A stretch of DNA of 64,000 nucleotides from Octopus vulgaris (taxonomy: Eukaryota), in NCBI GenBank assembly GCA_951406725.2, contig OX597829.1, positions 26,536,001 to 26,600,000 of the forward strand. The letters are read 5' to 3'. A program made the position numbers and the translations under genes. Of the stretch, positions 1-13,884 are shown in pieces (within the stretch, counting starts at the first letter, position 1; every line of letters begins with the position of its first letter). Under the pieces are notes generated by a model. The model did not search any database, was not told the origin of the DNA, and saw only the letters and a list, made by a program, of their open reading frames with translations.

Positions 1-1150
1 CTATGTCAATGTAATCAATAATTTCTATCTCTTTGTGTATAGATGTGATGCCGAAGAACTCATCAGGTATAGCAATACGCAAGTGTCCCAATGAAGTTGT
101 GAAAACATTTTTGCATTGCACATTCAGTATTTCACTTACCCTGTGAGGGTCTGCAGCCAGTGAGCCGTTTTCTTCGAACAATGATCCTATCTTGTACCGA
201 GCTGAAGGAGACTGCTTTGCAAATCTATAAAAATTACTTTAGGAGTTATCTTTACATTTTTTGCAGCCCTGGTTTCTTTTTCAGTCCTCTCTTTCTCGTG
301 GGAGCGTTTGAGTTCAATTTCAATCTCAAGCAATACCTGTTTCAGATTCTTCACTATCCTTTACAAGCCCATTTAAATGGTTTGCGATCTTTGCTCGTCA
401 TCTCATTGTCAGCTCCAAATCCGTGGGATTTGTCAAACCAATAGGTTTGACATTCTCTTTGGAGCAAACTTACTAAATATGTCATGCATGGTTGTCATAA
501 AGTGCTGTACCTTTATGTCAATATCTTGCGTAGAGAGACTGGCAGACCAGTTTTGTTCCATGATGTCTTTCTCAATACCCTTCCAATCAGTTTTATGAAA
601 TTGCATACTGGAGAGGAGTCGAGTACTTCTTGTAAACCAGCATTTTTGCAGTTTTCTGCACACCATACATTGTTAGTTGAATTTTCTTAAAAGAAGTGTG
701 TGAAGACTGTCATCAAAGTTGTTTAATATTTATTCCATCTTTTTTAGGGTCTCTTCGAATGAGTCGCTATCTGGTGGGCGATATCTTGTACATATTACCA
801 CTTTGTGTACTACCAGAGTGTCGCAAACTGAATTTGAGTATGACAGCAAGATTACAGGTTTTACATCTTCCCAGATGCACATTGCAACTCCACCATGAGT
901 TCGTTCTCTTTAGTTCGAAATACATCATATGTATATCTCCTCATCATATGTGTCATATCTCATCATATCTCATCATCATATGTGTCGTATCTCATTATAT
1001 CTCATCATCATGTATGTATCTCAGGATCTGCCATGTCGGCAGTCCATTGTATTTCTGTTAGCGCCATATCTGTCTCTCAGATATGGATTTTCTGCGCTGG
1101 TGATATGTTACAAGGTCCCTACTGTTCAGTAGGAATCTTGGTATGATATA
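1..1150 (-). pseudogene. Decayed non-LTR retrotransposon (LINE) ORF2: APE endonuclease plus linker, running off the window start
   Basis: Manual minus-strand translation gives APE motifs: MALTEIQW (~1065), YDVFR..THGGVAMCI (~925-870) and ICTRYRPPDS (~795-765). These are followed by linker-like TDWKGIEKDIMEQNW...DIDIKVQHF (ORF 433-666) and EILNVQCKNVFT (~130-95). Many stops and frameshifts; a short catcatat-type tandem expansion interrupts it at ~920-1020. Confidence 0.75.
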
Positions 1151-1299
1151 TGGAATGTCAGTAGTGACCACTAATCTGACATTTGCTGAGCCGTCAAATG
1201 CGGACACTCTGAATCTTTTGTTGTTTGAAGTCGACTTCAGTGCTGATACGTATTTCTCTGACTAAATGTCTGATGATATCAGGTTAGATATCTTACAAT

Positions 1300-1429
1300 C
1301 CTACCTACCTACCTACCTACCTACCTACCTACCTACCTACCTACCTACCTACCTACCTACCTACCTACCTACCTACCTACCTACCTACCAATCTACATAC
1401 CTACCTACCTACCTACCTATCTATCTATA

Positions 1430-1494
<65 letters not shown>

Positions 1495-1548
1495 CTATCT
1501 ATCTATCTATCTGTTTATCTATCTATCTATCCATCTATCCATCCATCC

Positions 1549-1600
<52 letters not shown>

Positions 1601-1780
1601 GTCTGTCTATTATTTATATAGATCTATAGTTAGATAGATAGATAGACTTATATAAGATATGCTCTGTATATATATGTGTATGTATGTATGTATGTATGTA
1701 TGTATGTATGTATGTATGTATGTATGTATGTATGTATGTATGTATGTATGTATGTGTGTATGTATGTATGTATGTATAAT
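1300..1780. repeat. Compound microsatellite (CTAC)n-(CTAT)n-(TATG)n; representative of dozens of (TA)n, (CA)n, (TATG)n, (TAGA)n, (TTA)n and (GA)n tracts across the window
   Basis: Directly visible tandem repeats. Confidence 0.98.
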
Positions 1781-2397
1781 AGTGTATGAAACATACACGA
1801 AGAGAAAACCACCATGTGGATTTCTTACATGCAAAGAATGGCAGTCAAAGACTAAAACCACGAGAAGAATATTCTTACATTAAAGCACGTTGATTTGTAC
1901 GAGAGAAAGAAATTTGAGTGCATAAAAAATAGTTTCGCATTTACTGACCAAATAAAACAACTAATAAAATAATTAATCGATTATTTAATCATCCGTAGCT
2001 CATCAGTAAGATCGCTAATTAAATGCAAAAACATAAAGCTGCAATACTTACCGAAAACACAGAGTAAGCACATAGGCACTTAGTTCCATGCTTACACATC
2101 ATGAATGTACCTCAGAATGTCCTCAAAAGCAACGCGCAACATCAGAGTAGAATAGCAGAGGATAAATACAGACGTATACATCTGGCCTAACGAATATAAA
2201 TATTTAACTTTATAAATATACGGGGTAAAAATTATTTAATAATTATTTACCAGTGGCTAGCATGCGTAAGCCATTTTTAGCATGTAAGAAATCAAACATG
2301 GTGGTTTCGTGTACGTTTTTAAAAATATTTATGTCTTATTATGTATGCTAGCCCTGGTAAATAATTATTTAATCATCATTTTTACCTTTATATATCA

Positions 2398-2527
<130 letters not shown>

Positions 2528-2604
2528 TAATACACATACACACATGTATACATATATATTTACATATACATATACATACATATTTGTGTCTGTGTATTTG
2601 TATG

Positions 2605-2641
<37 letters not shown>

Positions 2642-2840
2642 CACATATACATATACATACATATTTCTGTGCCTGTGTGTTTGAGTGTGATATGTATGTA
2701 TAATATGTATGCATATCTCCGTCTACCGTACACATCATACGTATATATCATATATATACATCTAAATAGATGCATATACTTATATATATATAATAAAGAG
2801 AGAGAGGGGGGGGGATAAATAGATAGAGAGATAAATAGAC

Positions 2841-2921
<81 letters not shown>

Positions 2922-3158
2922 TAATATAGATGTATGTATTTTATTTCTTATATTCGTTTCACCCATACGACTGCGGTCATGCAGGAACAGAACCACGAAT
3001 TAGTACTTTTTGCACATCATTGTTGTTTAGCAAATTTTTTCAGAGATATCATATCATCACGCTTCTATGTGCTTTTTCCCACCTTGTTATAGGCCTATCT
3101 GTTGTATATCATGCCAGGACATTGGTTTGTCTGGTATCGTAGACAGAAACTACATATA

Positions 3159-3248
<90 letters not shown>

Positions 3249-3644
3249 TATATATACATACATATATATATATGTATATATATGCACATATATATATGTG
3301 TATGTGTATATATATATAGTATACATATATACATATACATACATATATATATATGCATATACGATTATATATCAATATATACATGTATATATGTATATAT
3401 GTAGATATATTTATATATATATATGTATATATATATAGGCATATATAGATATATATATATATATATATACATACATACATACATATAAAGACATGTATAT
3501 ACATATGTATATCTGCCTATCTATCTAACTATAAATATATATATATACTTGAATACATATGTATTTTATGTATTTTATGTATGTATATTTATGTATAACA
3601 GTGAATACATATATATATCTACACAAACATGTATACATACGTAT

Positions 3645-3730
<86 letters not shown>

Positions 3731-4011
3731 CAATACACAACGTTTTGTTTATATTGCGTCACAAAAACAAACAAAATATATATTTCGTAATGTCATAACA
3801 TTCAACATGCGTGTAGAAATTACGGATGTATGTTTATATATACACGGGTGCGTTTGAGCGAAACCATGTACCGGTGTTTGTAGAAAAGTCAAGGATTCTT
3901 TTAGTCACACACCCACACATACACATTTACACGTTTAGACATATATATGTATATATACAAATACATATGTATACAAACGTACATGGAATAGTATTATAAC
4001 ACATCCTTTTG

Positions 4012-4042
<31 letters not shown>

Positions 4043-4075
4043 TATATATACACATATATGCATAAATACATATTC

Positions 4076-4131
<56 letters not shown>

Positions 4132-4181
4132 GTATATATGCATATACATATATATAAGTATATACACACATATATATATAC

Positions 4182-4218
<37 letters not shown>

Positions 4219-4799
4219 CATACGTTGATATGTATACACATCTAAATACTGATACTTATTCACATATGCATACATATATATGTGTGCACACACACACGTA
4301 TATATGTATGTACGTGTGTATGTATGTATGTATATAAGAAATATATGTATGAGTATATGAACATATTAGCATATACATTCATGTATACAGATATAATACT
4401 TATATATATATACACGAAAATTAATTATATATACTATGCATTTGTAATACACATTGATATGCGTGCTGGTGTGTACCATACACACACAAACACATACCTA
4501 CAAACATACTATCGTGTATACATACATACATGTATACACACATACTATCGTACATACATACATAGACTTATGCTAATATACATGTATATAAAAGTATATG
4601 AGTGTGTGTCTACCAGTACACACACACATATATATATATATATACATAATTATATATATACACACATATACATATGCGAATATATATATACGTGTGTGTG
4701 TCTTGCCACTGACACACGCACTTAACGCTCATGCATCCGTATACATATATACAAATATACATAGATACATACATATATATATACGTGTGTGTATACACT

Positions 4800-4861
<62 letters not shown>

Positions 4862-5026
4862 CTTATGTGCACACCCACCACCCACACTCCGGTATTAGAT
4901 TTCGCATTAAATGTCAACCTTAATCACCAAAGATTTGTCAAACAAATCTTTGAAGTTGTAATTGTATCGCCTTGTAAAATAACAGACGGCCTTGCCAACA
5001 GAGCGACGCTGAAGTACACCTCTAGC

Positions 5027-5079
<53 letters not shown>

Positions 5080-5114
5080 TATATACATGTGTGTATATAT
5101 ATATGTGTATATAC

Positions 5115-5150
<36 letters not shown>

Positions 5151-5169
5151 GTATATGCATACATATATA

Positions 5170-5223
<54 letters not shown>

Positions 5224-5370
5224 CATATACACATATACTTTGCATGTTTACTTATATATATACATATATATACATACATATATATATATAGACACACACA
5301 CACACACACACATTGAGTGGCTGTATGTGAGAGTGTGCGTGTGTAGGTTTCTTTGCATGTGTCCATATAC

Positions 5371-5405
<35 letters not shown>

Positions 5406-5632
5406 ATTGTATACATAAGTTTTAAAAACACTCACAAAATCTCACACATATATATATATATACTCATAGACACACAGTGATATATACATTTACATACTTA
5501 TGTGCATGCATATGTCCATGTATGTGTGTATGTACGATGGTATGTCTGTATACATTTATGTATGTATGTATGTATGTATGTATGTATGTATGAATGCATG
5601 TATGTATGCATGCACGATGGCATGTTTGTATG

Positions 5633-5676
<44 letters not shown>

Positions 5677-5861
5677 TGTTTCAGCTTATTCGAATATCTA
5701 CCGAAAACCGCGAAGTCGTTATCAAAATTTCCCTTTTGAAATATTAAGTAATCCTTCGGTTTTTATGTTACATTGTTTTTAATTGTAAGTGTACATAAAA
5801 CATTAATATGTGTGAGTTCGTGTACACATGTATGCATAAATACTTATTTACTTACACACAC

Positions 5862-5897
<36 letters not shown>

Positions 5898-6617
5898 GTG
5901 TATATATACACACATGTATATATATTCAGAGAGAGAGAGAGAGAGGTAGATAGAGAGAAAGGAAAGAGATAGATATAGCTGTATATGCTTATGTGCTTGA
6001 AAATACGTGTGGGTATATATACACATGTGTATGTGTGTGTAGGTGTCTCTGCGTGTATGTGAGTATGTACAGATACATCAGCGTAGGTATATATGTATGT
6101 ATATGCTTATGCATAAATACATAGATATAAGCATATATATATATATATATATATTTATATTCATATATGCGTATGCACATAAATGCATACAAGACACACC
6201 CACAGAGACAAGGACATTTCGATGTAAAGATATATATATATATATATATTCTCTTATATAAATACATACTCACGTACAAATATATATATACATACGTTAT
6301 ATATATATATATAATTTTCTTGTACTTCAACACGGTTGGATAGACGCCGATTTTCCTTATTAACCTGCACCCTTAAAACCCATCTCTTCTAACCCCTATT
6401 TTCGTTGTCTGGCCCTTAATTGTGTTTATATAAGAGAAACGACGCCGTGTTATATATTGTGCCCTGCGGTGAAGGCCTGTATGTATATGAATGGGCGTTA
6501 TATACACATATCTGTATCTCTCTATACACACACAGAGTCACAAACGCGCGCTCGAATATATGTGTGTGTGTGTGTATATGTAGATAGATACAGACATACA
6601 TATACACACACTTGAGC

Positions 6618-6670
<53 letters not shown>

Positions 6671-6671
6671 C

Positions 6672-6726
<55 letters not shown>

Positions 6727-6787
6727 TATATATGGATGTATATATAATATATAATGCAAGTACATGCATGTATATATATACATACAT

Positions 6788-6853
<66 letters not shown>

Positions 6854-6856
6854 TAT

Positions 6857-7022
6857 TGGCTGTGGTACGGTGGTAAGAAACTTGCTTCACAACCACACGA
6901 TTCCGGGTTCAGCCCTACTGCGTGACAGCTTGGGCAAGTATTTCTACTATAGCTACGGGCCGACCAAAGCCTTGTGAGTAGATTTAGTAGAAGGAAACTG
7001 AAAGAAGCCCCTCATATATCTG

Positions 7023-7068
<46 letters not shown>

Positions 7069-7268
7069 TCACCCTACCATCGCTTGTCAGCTGATGTTGG
7101 TGTGTTTACATACCCCGTTACCTAGCGGTTCAGCAAAATGAGATCGTTAGAATAAGTACCAGACTTACAAAGAATATGTCCTGGGGTCGATTTACTCGAC
7201 AAAAGTCGGTGCTCCTCAATGGCCACTGTCAAATGACTGAAACAAATAAAATAATAAAAAGATAAAAG
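6857..7268 (+). mobile_element. tRNA-derived SINE family A (diverged copy)
   Basis: A-box-like tggc..ggtaag and B-box-like gggttcagccc, ttgggcaagt core, internal (TG)n tract and 3' part ending aaatgactgaaacaa. Aligns by eye to the copy at 11080-11476. Confidence 0.85.
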
Positions 7269-7526
7269 AATATACACACACATACATACATACGGATAAA
7301 GATAGATATAAAAAAGTATATACATACATACATATATATACATACATAAATACATACATACACATACACACATACATATACATATAGATATGGATGCAGG
7401 TATATAAAAAAGTACATACATCTATATAAACATATATACAGTGTACATAATTATTTTTTAATCAGAATTTCATGAATTTGAACTTACGAAATTTGATATA
7501 CATATTTATGTATGTATACATGTATG

Positions 7527-7945
<419 letters not shown>

Positions 7946-8246
7946 ATGGATAGATGATGGATAGATACATACATACATACATACATACATACATACATAC
8001 ATACATACATCCATACATACATACATACATACATACATTCGTGTATTACTTACTATTATAATGCGCATTATAAATATGAATATATATGTTTACGGAAGTG
8101 TATATCCATTTTTATATGCGTCTATATCTATATATGTATGTGTCCATATCATGTGTGTATATTCATATGTTTGTGTTTGTTACCATATGTAAATACACGT
8201 TCATGCACACCCATATATAAAATGTATGTATAGGTATATAATGCTT

Positions 8247-8357
<111 letters not shown>

Positions 8358-8621
8358 TGTATGTGTGTACGTACGTACATACAAACAAAAATACCCTATT
8401 GTTGATTTTGAAATTCCAATGAAGGAACCTTGGATCTAGGTTAGAAACCGGTTCTTTCTCCATCCATACTACATACATACATACATACATACATACATAC
8501 ATACAGACATACATACATATATACATACATACATACATACATACATACATGTGCAAGTTGTTTGCATGACATATACATCCATCCATCCATACATCCATCC
8601 ATCCATACATACATACATACA

Positions 8622-8655
<34 letters not shown>

Positions 8656-9155
8656 CTTACATACATACATACATACATACATCCATACATACATACATCC
8701 ATCCATACATGCATGCATACATACATACATACATACATACATACATACATACATACATACATACATACATACATACATACATACATTCATACATACATAC
8801 ACACATACATACATACATACATACATACATACATACATACATACATACATACATTCATACATACATACATACATACATACATACATACATACATACATAC
8901 ATACATACATACATACATACATACATACAGAGGTTTGGTAATTCAAACAGGAAAATATAACAGACTATGGGGTATATAATTTTTTCTATTTTTGGAATTT
9001 CGTGGATTGGAATTACGAAATTTGATAAATGTCAATATTCGGAGCTCCTCTGTAATTGTTGTCAAGTAATACTGATAAAAATACTGATATCTAGGTCCTT
9101 AGATTGACACGCAGACAAACAGATGGATGGTTAGATTGATTAACAGAGCGACAGT

Positions 9156-9286
<131 letters not shown>

Positions 9287-9589
9287 GTTTCTTTATTGGC
9301 CACACAGGGCTGCACACAGATGGGACAAATTACAAGGTAGAGCTTTTCTTTTGGGGGATGAAAAAACAAAAAACAAAAAACAAAAGAAACAAAAAAAAAA
9401 CAAAAAATGTGGCGTAGGTTTTCAATCAAAAGGGATCGTAAAAGGGAAAAAAGAAAGAAAAAAAGGAAAAGGATAGATAGATCGATAGATAGGTAGGTAG
9501 GTAGGTATGTAGGTAGGTAGGTAGGTAGGTGTAACAACGACGAGGGTTCCTGTTCATCTGTTCAACAGAGCAGCCTGCTCGTGAAATTA

Positions 9590-9830
9590 ACGAGCAAGTG
9601 ACCGATCATTTCAGGCATACTCCTGTGTCACACTGAATTTCAGGAGAGATTCAACGTGATGCAGAAGGTGATAAGGCTGGCCATTTAAAGTACTAATACT
9701 GTTCGTTCTTACCAGACTGGAAGAATGTGAAATAAAGTGTCTTGCTCAAGAACACAACGCGCCGCCAAGAAACGAACTCGGGACTTTATGACCGTGTGTC
9801 GAATACCCTGACCATTAAACCAGTGCCTCC
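9590..9830 (-). mobile_element. tRNA-derived SINE family C (CORE/V-like); other copies or fragments at 10200-10320(-), 17396-17680(+), 36130-36380(-), 37337-37410(+), 58170-58270(-), 60185-60420(-)
   Basis: Shared head gaagg(c/t)gc.tgg.t.agtggtta..ggttcgattcc, core gtgttcttgagcaagacacttta and tail gcattgtgaccagc across copies. Confidence 0.7.
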
Positions 9831-10016
9831 ACTAGATAGATGTAACTGATTTAGGATTCTCAATCATGGAGTTGCAATTTCAGTCCAACTGTGACGTATC
9901 TTTTTCAACTGTCGCCCCTTTTCCAACTGAGCTGACTGATGTTATGTGAGTGGATTTTTGGTTAACGGAAACTGAAAGAAGTTTTTCGTACATTCATGTC
10001 TGTATGTATGTCTACA

Positions 10017-10159
<143 letters not shown>

Positions 10160-10318
10160 ACAGAAATACGTGTATATTTATGCATATATAAAAATATATA
10201 TCACCGTGATCACCGTGAACGACCAGGCTATCAGATGTTGTTACATATCGCTGGTCACAATGTGCTTCGCATTGTTTTAGCATTCAAATGACGCCACCCC
10301 GCTGGCTAAGTGAGCAGG

Positions 10319-10365
<47 letters not shown>

Positions 10366-10369
10366 GTAC

Positions 10370-10413
<44 letters not shown>

Positions 10414-10522
10414 GTATATATATATATATAGATGTATATATATATATATTTATTTATATTTATATATGTATATACTTGTATGTTTATGTGTAAATATGTG
10501 TGTGAGTGTGCGCATATGTGTG

Positions 10523-10575
<53 letters not shown>

Positions 10576-10987
10576 CTGTGTGTGTCTATGTATAAGTAGA
10601 AAATTCTATTCGGGGAATAAAGCAGAAATAACAGTTAGCACTCCCTCAAAGAAACGGCCATCAGTTCACAAAGGAATTAAATTACGATGTAGTTCAAATT
10701 GGCCGTGTAACCGAAAATCTATAGTATACAAGTAATAAACATTTCTACGAAGAATAAGCATAAAGTCAGCTGGTCCGAAAAGTGAATATAGATTTATCAT
10801 TGCCGCTTCTCACTTCACCTGATTTTCTGCTCATTTGTATAAAATACGTGTACGCACGCGCACACACACGCACACTCACAAAACATACACACACATGGTT
10901 CAAATGTCGAGAAAACAAAAGACAAGGACAGGTGAGAGAACAACAAGAAGGTGTATTAGTTTGACGTTGGGGATAAACGGAAAAGAC

Positions 10988-11021
10988 TTTGACGTTTCGA
11001 GCCTACACTCTTCGACAGAAA
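10988..11021 (-). ncRNA. Degenerate minimal hammerhead motif (family H1); related copies at 18838-18870(-), 41207-41238(-), 45091-45125(-), 50401-50428(+)
   Basis: Minus strand reads ttt-CTGTCGA-a-GAGT gtag GCTC-GAA-ACGT-C-aaa. The HHR layout has a 4-bp stem II and palindromic stem III, but A6 is mutated. Flanks are also shared between copies (ttagtttgacgct.gg). Confidence 0.55.
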
Positions 11022-11079
11022 CGGATGAGAGAGGGAAAAAAGAGTGGGAGAGACAAAAATCCGAGAGCTAAAAACAAGG

Positions 11080-11474
11080 GTCGGTGTGGTAAGTAGCTTG
11101 TCTACCAACCACATGGTTCCGGGTTCAGTCCCACAGCGTGGCACCTTGGGCAAGTGTCTTCTACTATAACCTCGGACCGACCAAAGCCTTGTGAGTGGAT
11201 TTGGTAGACGGAAACTGAAAGAAGCCCGTCGTATATATGTGTATATATATGTATGCGTGTATGTGTTTGTGTGTCTGAGTTTGTCCCCTAGCATTGCTTG
11301 ACAACCGATGCTGGTGTGTTTATGTCCCCGTTACTTAGCGGTTCGGCAAAAGAGACCGATAGAATAAGTACTGGGCTTACAAAAGAATAAGTCCCGGGGT
11401 CGAGTTGCTCGATTAAAGGCGGTGCTCCAGCATGGCCGCAGTCAAATGACTGAAACAAGTAAAAGAGTAAAAGA

Positions 11475-11476
<2 letters not shown>
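11080..11476 (+). mobile_element. tRNA-derived SINE family A, near full-length young copy
   Basis: gtgtggtaagtagcttg..ccaaccacatggttccgggttcagtccca head, ccttgggcaagtgtctt core, internal microsatellite and tail gactgaaacaagtaaaagagtaaaagag. Near-identical to reverse-strand copies at 30411-30848 and 50122-50698. Confidence 0.92.
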
Positions 11477-11524
<48 letters not shown>

Positions 11525-11527
<3 letters not shown>

Positions 11528-12015
11528 GAACCACAATAATCGTAGACCTTAAGAATACCGTGTAGAACACTTTTTGACGTGTTAACAATCTTTGCAATAG
11601 ATCCAATACTTAAATTATCCTTCCTTCGAAGCTTAATAATCTGCTGACGAATTGGTAACGGAGTAAGTGGCATTATATTAACAAAGTACACTGCAAATAT
11701 TCTTACTAATGTTTAGTAAACGGACCGTCACGTAAACAAATTCAAAACATTAGAGTTCGCCGGTTAAATATACTAAAACACGGAGTAAAAGCAACCGTTC
11801 TGATCATTTTGGCCGTCATGGGTTTTGCAGTAAATCACTAAATCATCCATAACTTTTGTATTATCCTCTCAAATTACACCAAAATCTCAGGCAATAACAA
11901 ATAATATTGTATTTATTGTCTGTGAAAATTATAGAATATAAAACAACTTTGATAAAAATTTATATCTACTTTTCTGACGAAAACAATGCCGTTCTGAAAA
12001 TTTTGGCCGCCACTG
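11525..12015 (-). mobile_element. 5' end of a Tc1-like DNA transposon with TIR and N-terminal HTH of the transposase
   Basis: Minus strand starts TA|CAGTGGCGGCCAAAATTTTCAGAACGG (Tc1-type CAGTG end). ATG at 11673 encodes MPLTPLPIRQQIIKLRRKDNLSIGSIAKIVNTSKSVLHGILK (paired-like HTH). Truncated at a (TA)n tract. Confidence 0.8.
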
Positions 12016-12117
12016 TATATACATATATATAAAATACAAAATGGGACAAGAGCGCAAAACAACCAGATAGGCGATTCGAAGAAAACAAGGACGGGTCATT
12101 CGGAGTTTTCTTTCCTC

Positions 12118-12445
12118 AGTCGAGTTCCAGATTATCTTTGCAATTTCGGCTGGTTATATTCGAAATTGCTCCAATCTGGCCAGCCCCAAGGAAAATCTAA
12201 GCTAAGAGCACTAGATTCGTATACAGCCAATGTATACGAAAACAAGGACGGGAAGAAAACAGAGAATGTAACCTTCTCCGAAAACAAGGACGGAAAAAAA
12301 AACTTCCTTGTTTTCGTATACATTCGCTGCTTTCTTCCAAGGAATCTAATGCTCTTAGCTCAGTTTTTCCTTGGGGCTGACCAGATTGGAGCAATCTCGA
12401 GTATAAAACCAGCCGAAATTAAGAAGATACTCTGGAACTCGACTA
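12118..12445. repeat. About 100-bp inverted repeat (12118-12218 / 12340-12445) enclosing short direct repeats of cgaaaacaaggacgg
   Basis: agtcgagttccaga...ctaagagcactagattc is mirrored by gaatctaatgctcttagct...tctggaactcgact. The two ORFs starting MLQSGQPQGK on opposite strands reflect this symmetry. Confidence 0.9.
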
Positions 12446-12455
12446 ACCCGTCCTC

Positions 12456-12486
<31 letters not shown>

Positions 12487-12810
12487 TGTATGTATGTATG
12501 TATGTATGTATGTATGTATGTATATACATATATATTCTGTACAGTTATGCTGGTACACCACCTCGACAGTTTTTTGTTTCGCCTTCAATTATTCTTGTGA
12601 TTTCATTTGCGGAGCCGCTATGTTACAAGAACGTTGACAAAACAACGTAGGTTGATACGAGATATTTGGACGAATGTATATACATCTGTTTGTATGTGTG
12701 TGTGTGTTGTTATATTTTGGGTGATCAAACTTTTGCCAGTTGAACATACGCACTATATATTTGGTCTTCACTTCAGCTTTATTATTATAATTATATTAGT
12801 GTCCTTTATT

Positions 12811-12850
12811 TAAGCGCTTTCGTTACACAACCTGTGACCTCTTCAGTGAC
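12811..12850 (-). ncRNA. Hammerhead core with stems II and III but no stem I
   Basis: Minus strand: CTGAAGA-g-GTCACA ggt TGTGtaAC-GAA-AGCGCT-T-aAATAAA. Canonical core, palindromic stem III and an adjacent polyA signal, but the flanks do not pair. Confidence 0.6.
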
Positions 12851-12887
12851 TCTCTATCCCACGTGTTTCCTTTTGTTCTGTTTAGTT

Positions 12888-12923
<36 letters not shown>

Positions 12924-12977
12924 CACGCACACGCACATATATATGTACACACACACACACACGTGCGCGCATACACA

Positions 12978-13804
12978 CGAGGATAAGTCAATAATTATGC
13001 GCATTCTTGTTACTGTAAATTATTAAAATAAAAGTAGGGTTGAACTGAACAATTAAGTCAATGTTCCAGTAAAGACCGTTTTGCGTACCCCACAAGGTTA
13101 GCATCACTTTTGTCTACAGAAGATTGAAAGTTTTTCTACTCCATAGTTCGCATTTTGGGTTCCATCTCAAAGTAATGGACGCAGGCCTCCCCAAAAGAAA
13201 GCTTAGCGGTCGAGTAAGCGTTGACAGAACCTCAAACGATTGCGCTTATGCGCTTCGATAAGCTCTCTTGACACCCATCTCGCACAAACTTTACCGAAGC
13301 GATGCTTATGAATGATTTCGAAAGTAGAACCATGACAAGGGTGCAGAGAACATGTCACCTCATCGATGGTCACTTGTCGGTTCACGGGGACCATCTCTCG
13401 AGCTTGTTGAATCTTTACGTTCGTGGTAGAGGTCGATGGGATTCCTGCTCTGTCTTCGTGCTTAACGTTTTTCCGGCCAGTTTTAAATTTCTCGATCCAT
13501 TCATTCATACTTTTTGCGATAGAGACCTGTTCCCTAATTGTACTGAAAAGCGATTAATTTCAGCCTCTGATACCCCTTCAGGCCAGAGAAAACAGATCAC
13601 TGATATATGTTCTTCCATGCGCATACAGCCAGCGGAATGACCATGTTTACTCCATAAGAAGTGAAAGGAAACTGGAGCGATCTAAGTCAAACTTCGGTTA
13701 TATAACCACAAGAATACTACCTTTTAGCATGCAAGCGCTGAAAGTAGTGTGGCTAGCCTAGTGCAAGTTTTTGCGAAAGTGAAGATAAATTTTGACTTCC
13801 CTTC

Positions 13805-13805
<1 letters not shown>
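12978..13805 (-). mobile_element. Internally deleted mariner element with diverged TIRs
   Basis: ORF 13203-13508 (EWIEKFKTGRKNVKHEDRAGIPSTSTT...VCARWVSREL) matches the mariner HTH/WVPREL region. Ends cgaggataagtcaataattat and ataaattttgacttcccttcg are imperfect inverted repeats. Confidence 0.85.
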
Positions 13806-13874
<69 letters not shown>

Positions 13875-13884
13875 CGCGCGCGCG

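Noticed and set aside
1268-1295. CTGATGA followed by a small hairpin
   Set aside because: There is no GAAA or stem III downstream.
11080-11150. SINE heads as tRNA genes
   Set aside because: They have A and B boxes but no complete cloverleaf, and they continue into SINE bodies present in many copies.
11973-12010. CTGACGA...GAAA resembling a hammerhead
   Set aside because: It lies inside the Tc1 terminal repeat, and no stem I or stem III with an NUH site can be formed.
12081-12320. Repeated gaaaacaaggacgg units as a CRISPR array
   Set aside because: There are only three short, irregularly spaced copies in a eukaryotic repeat context and no cas genes.
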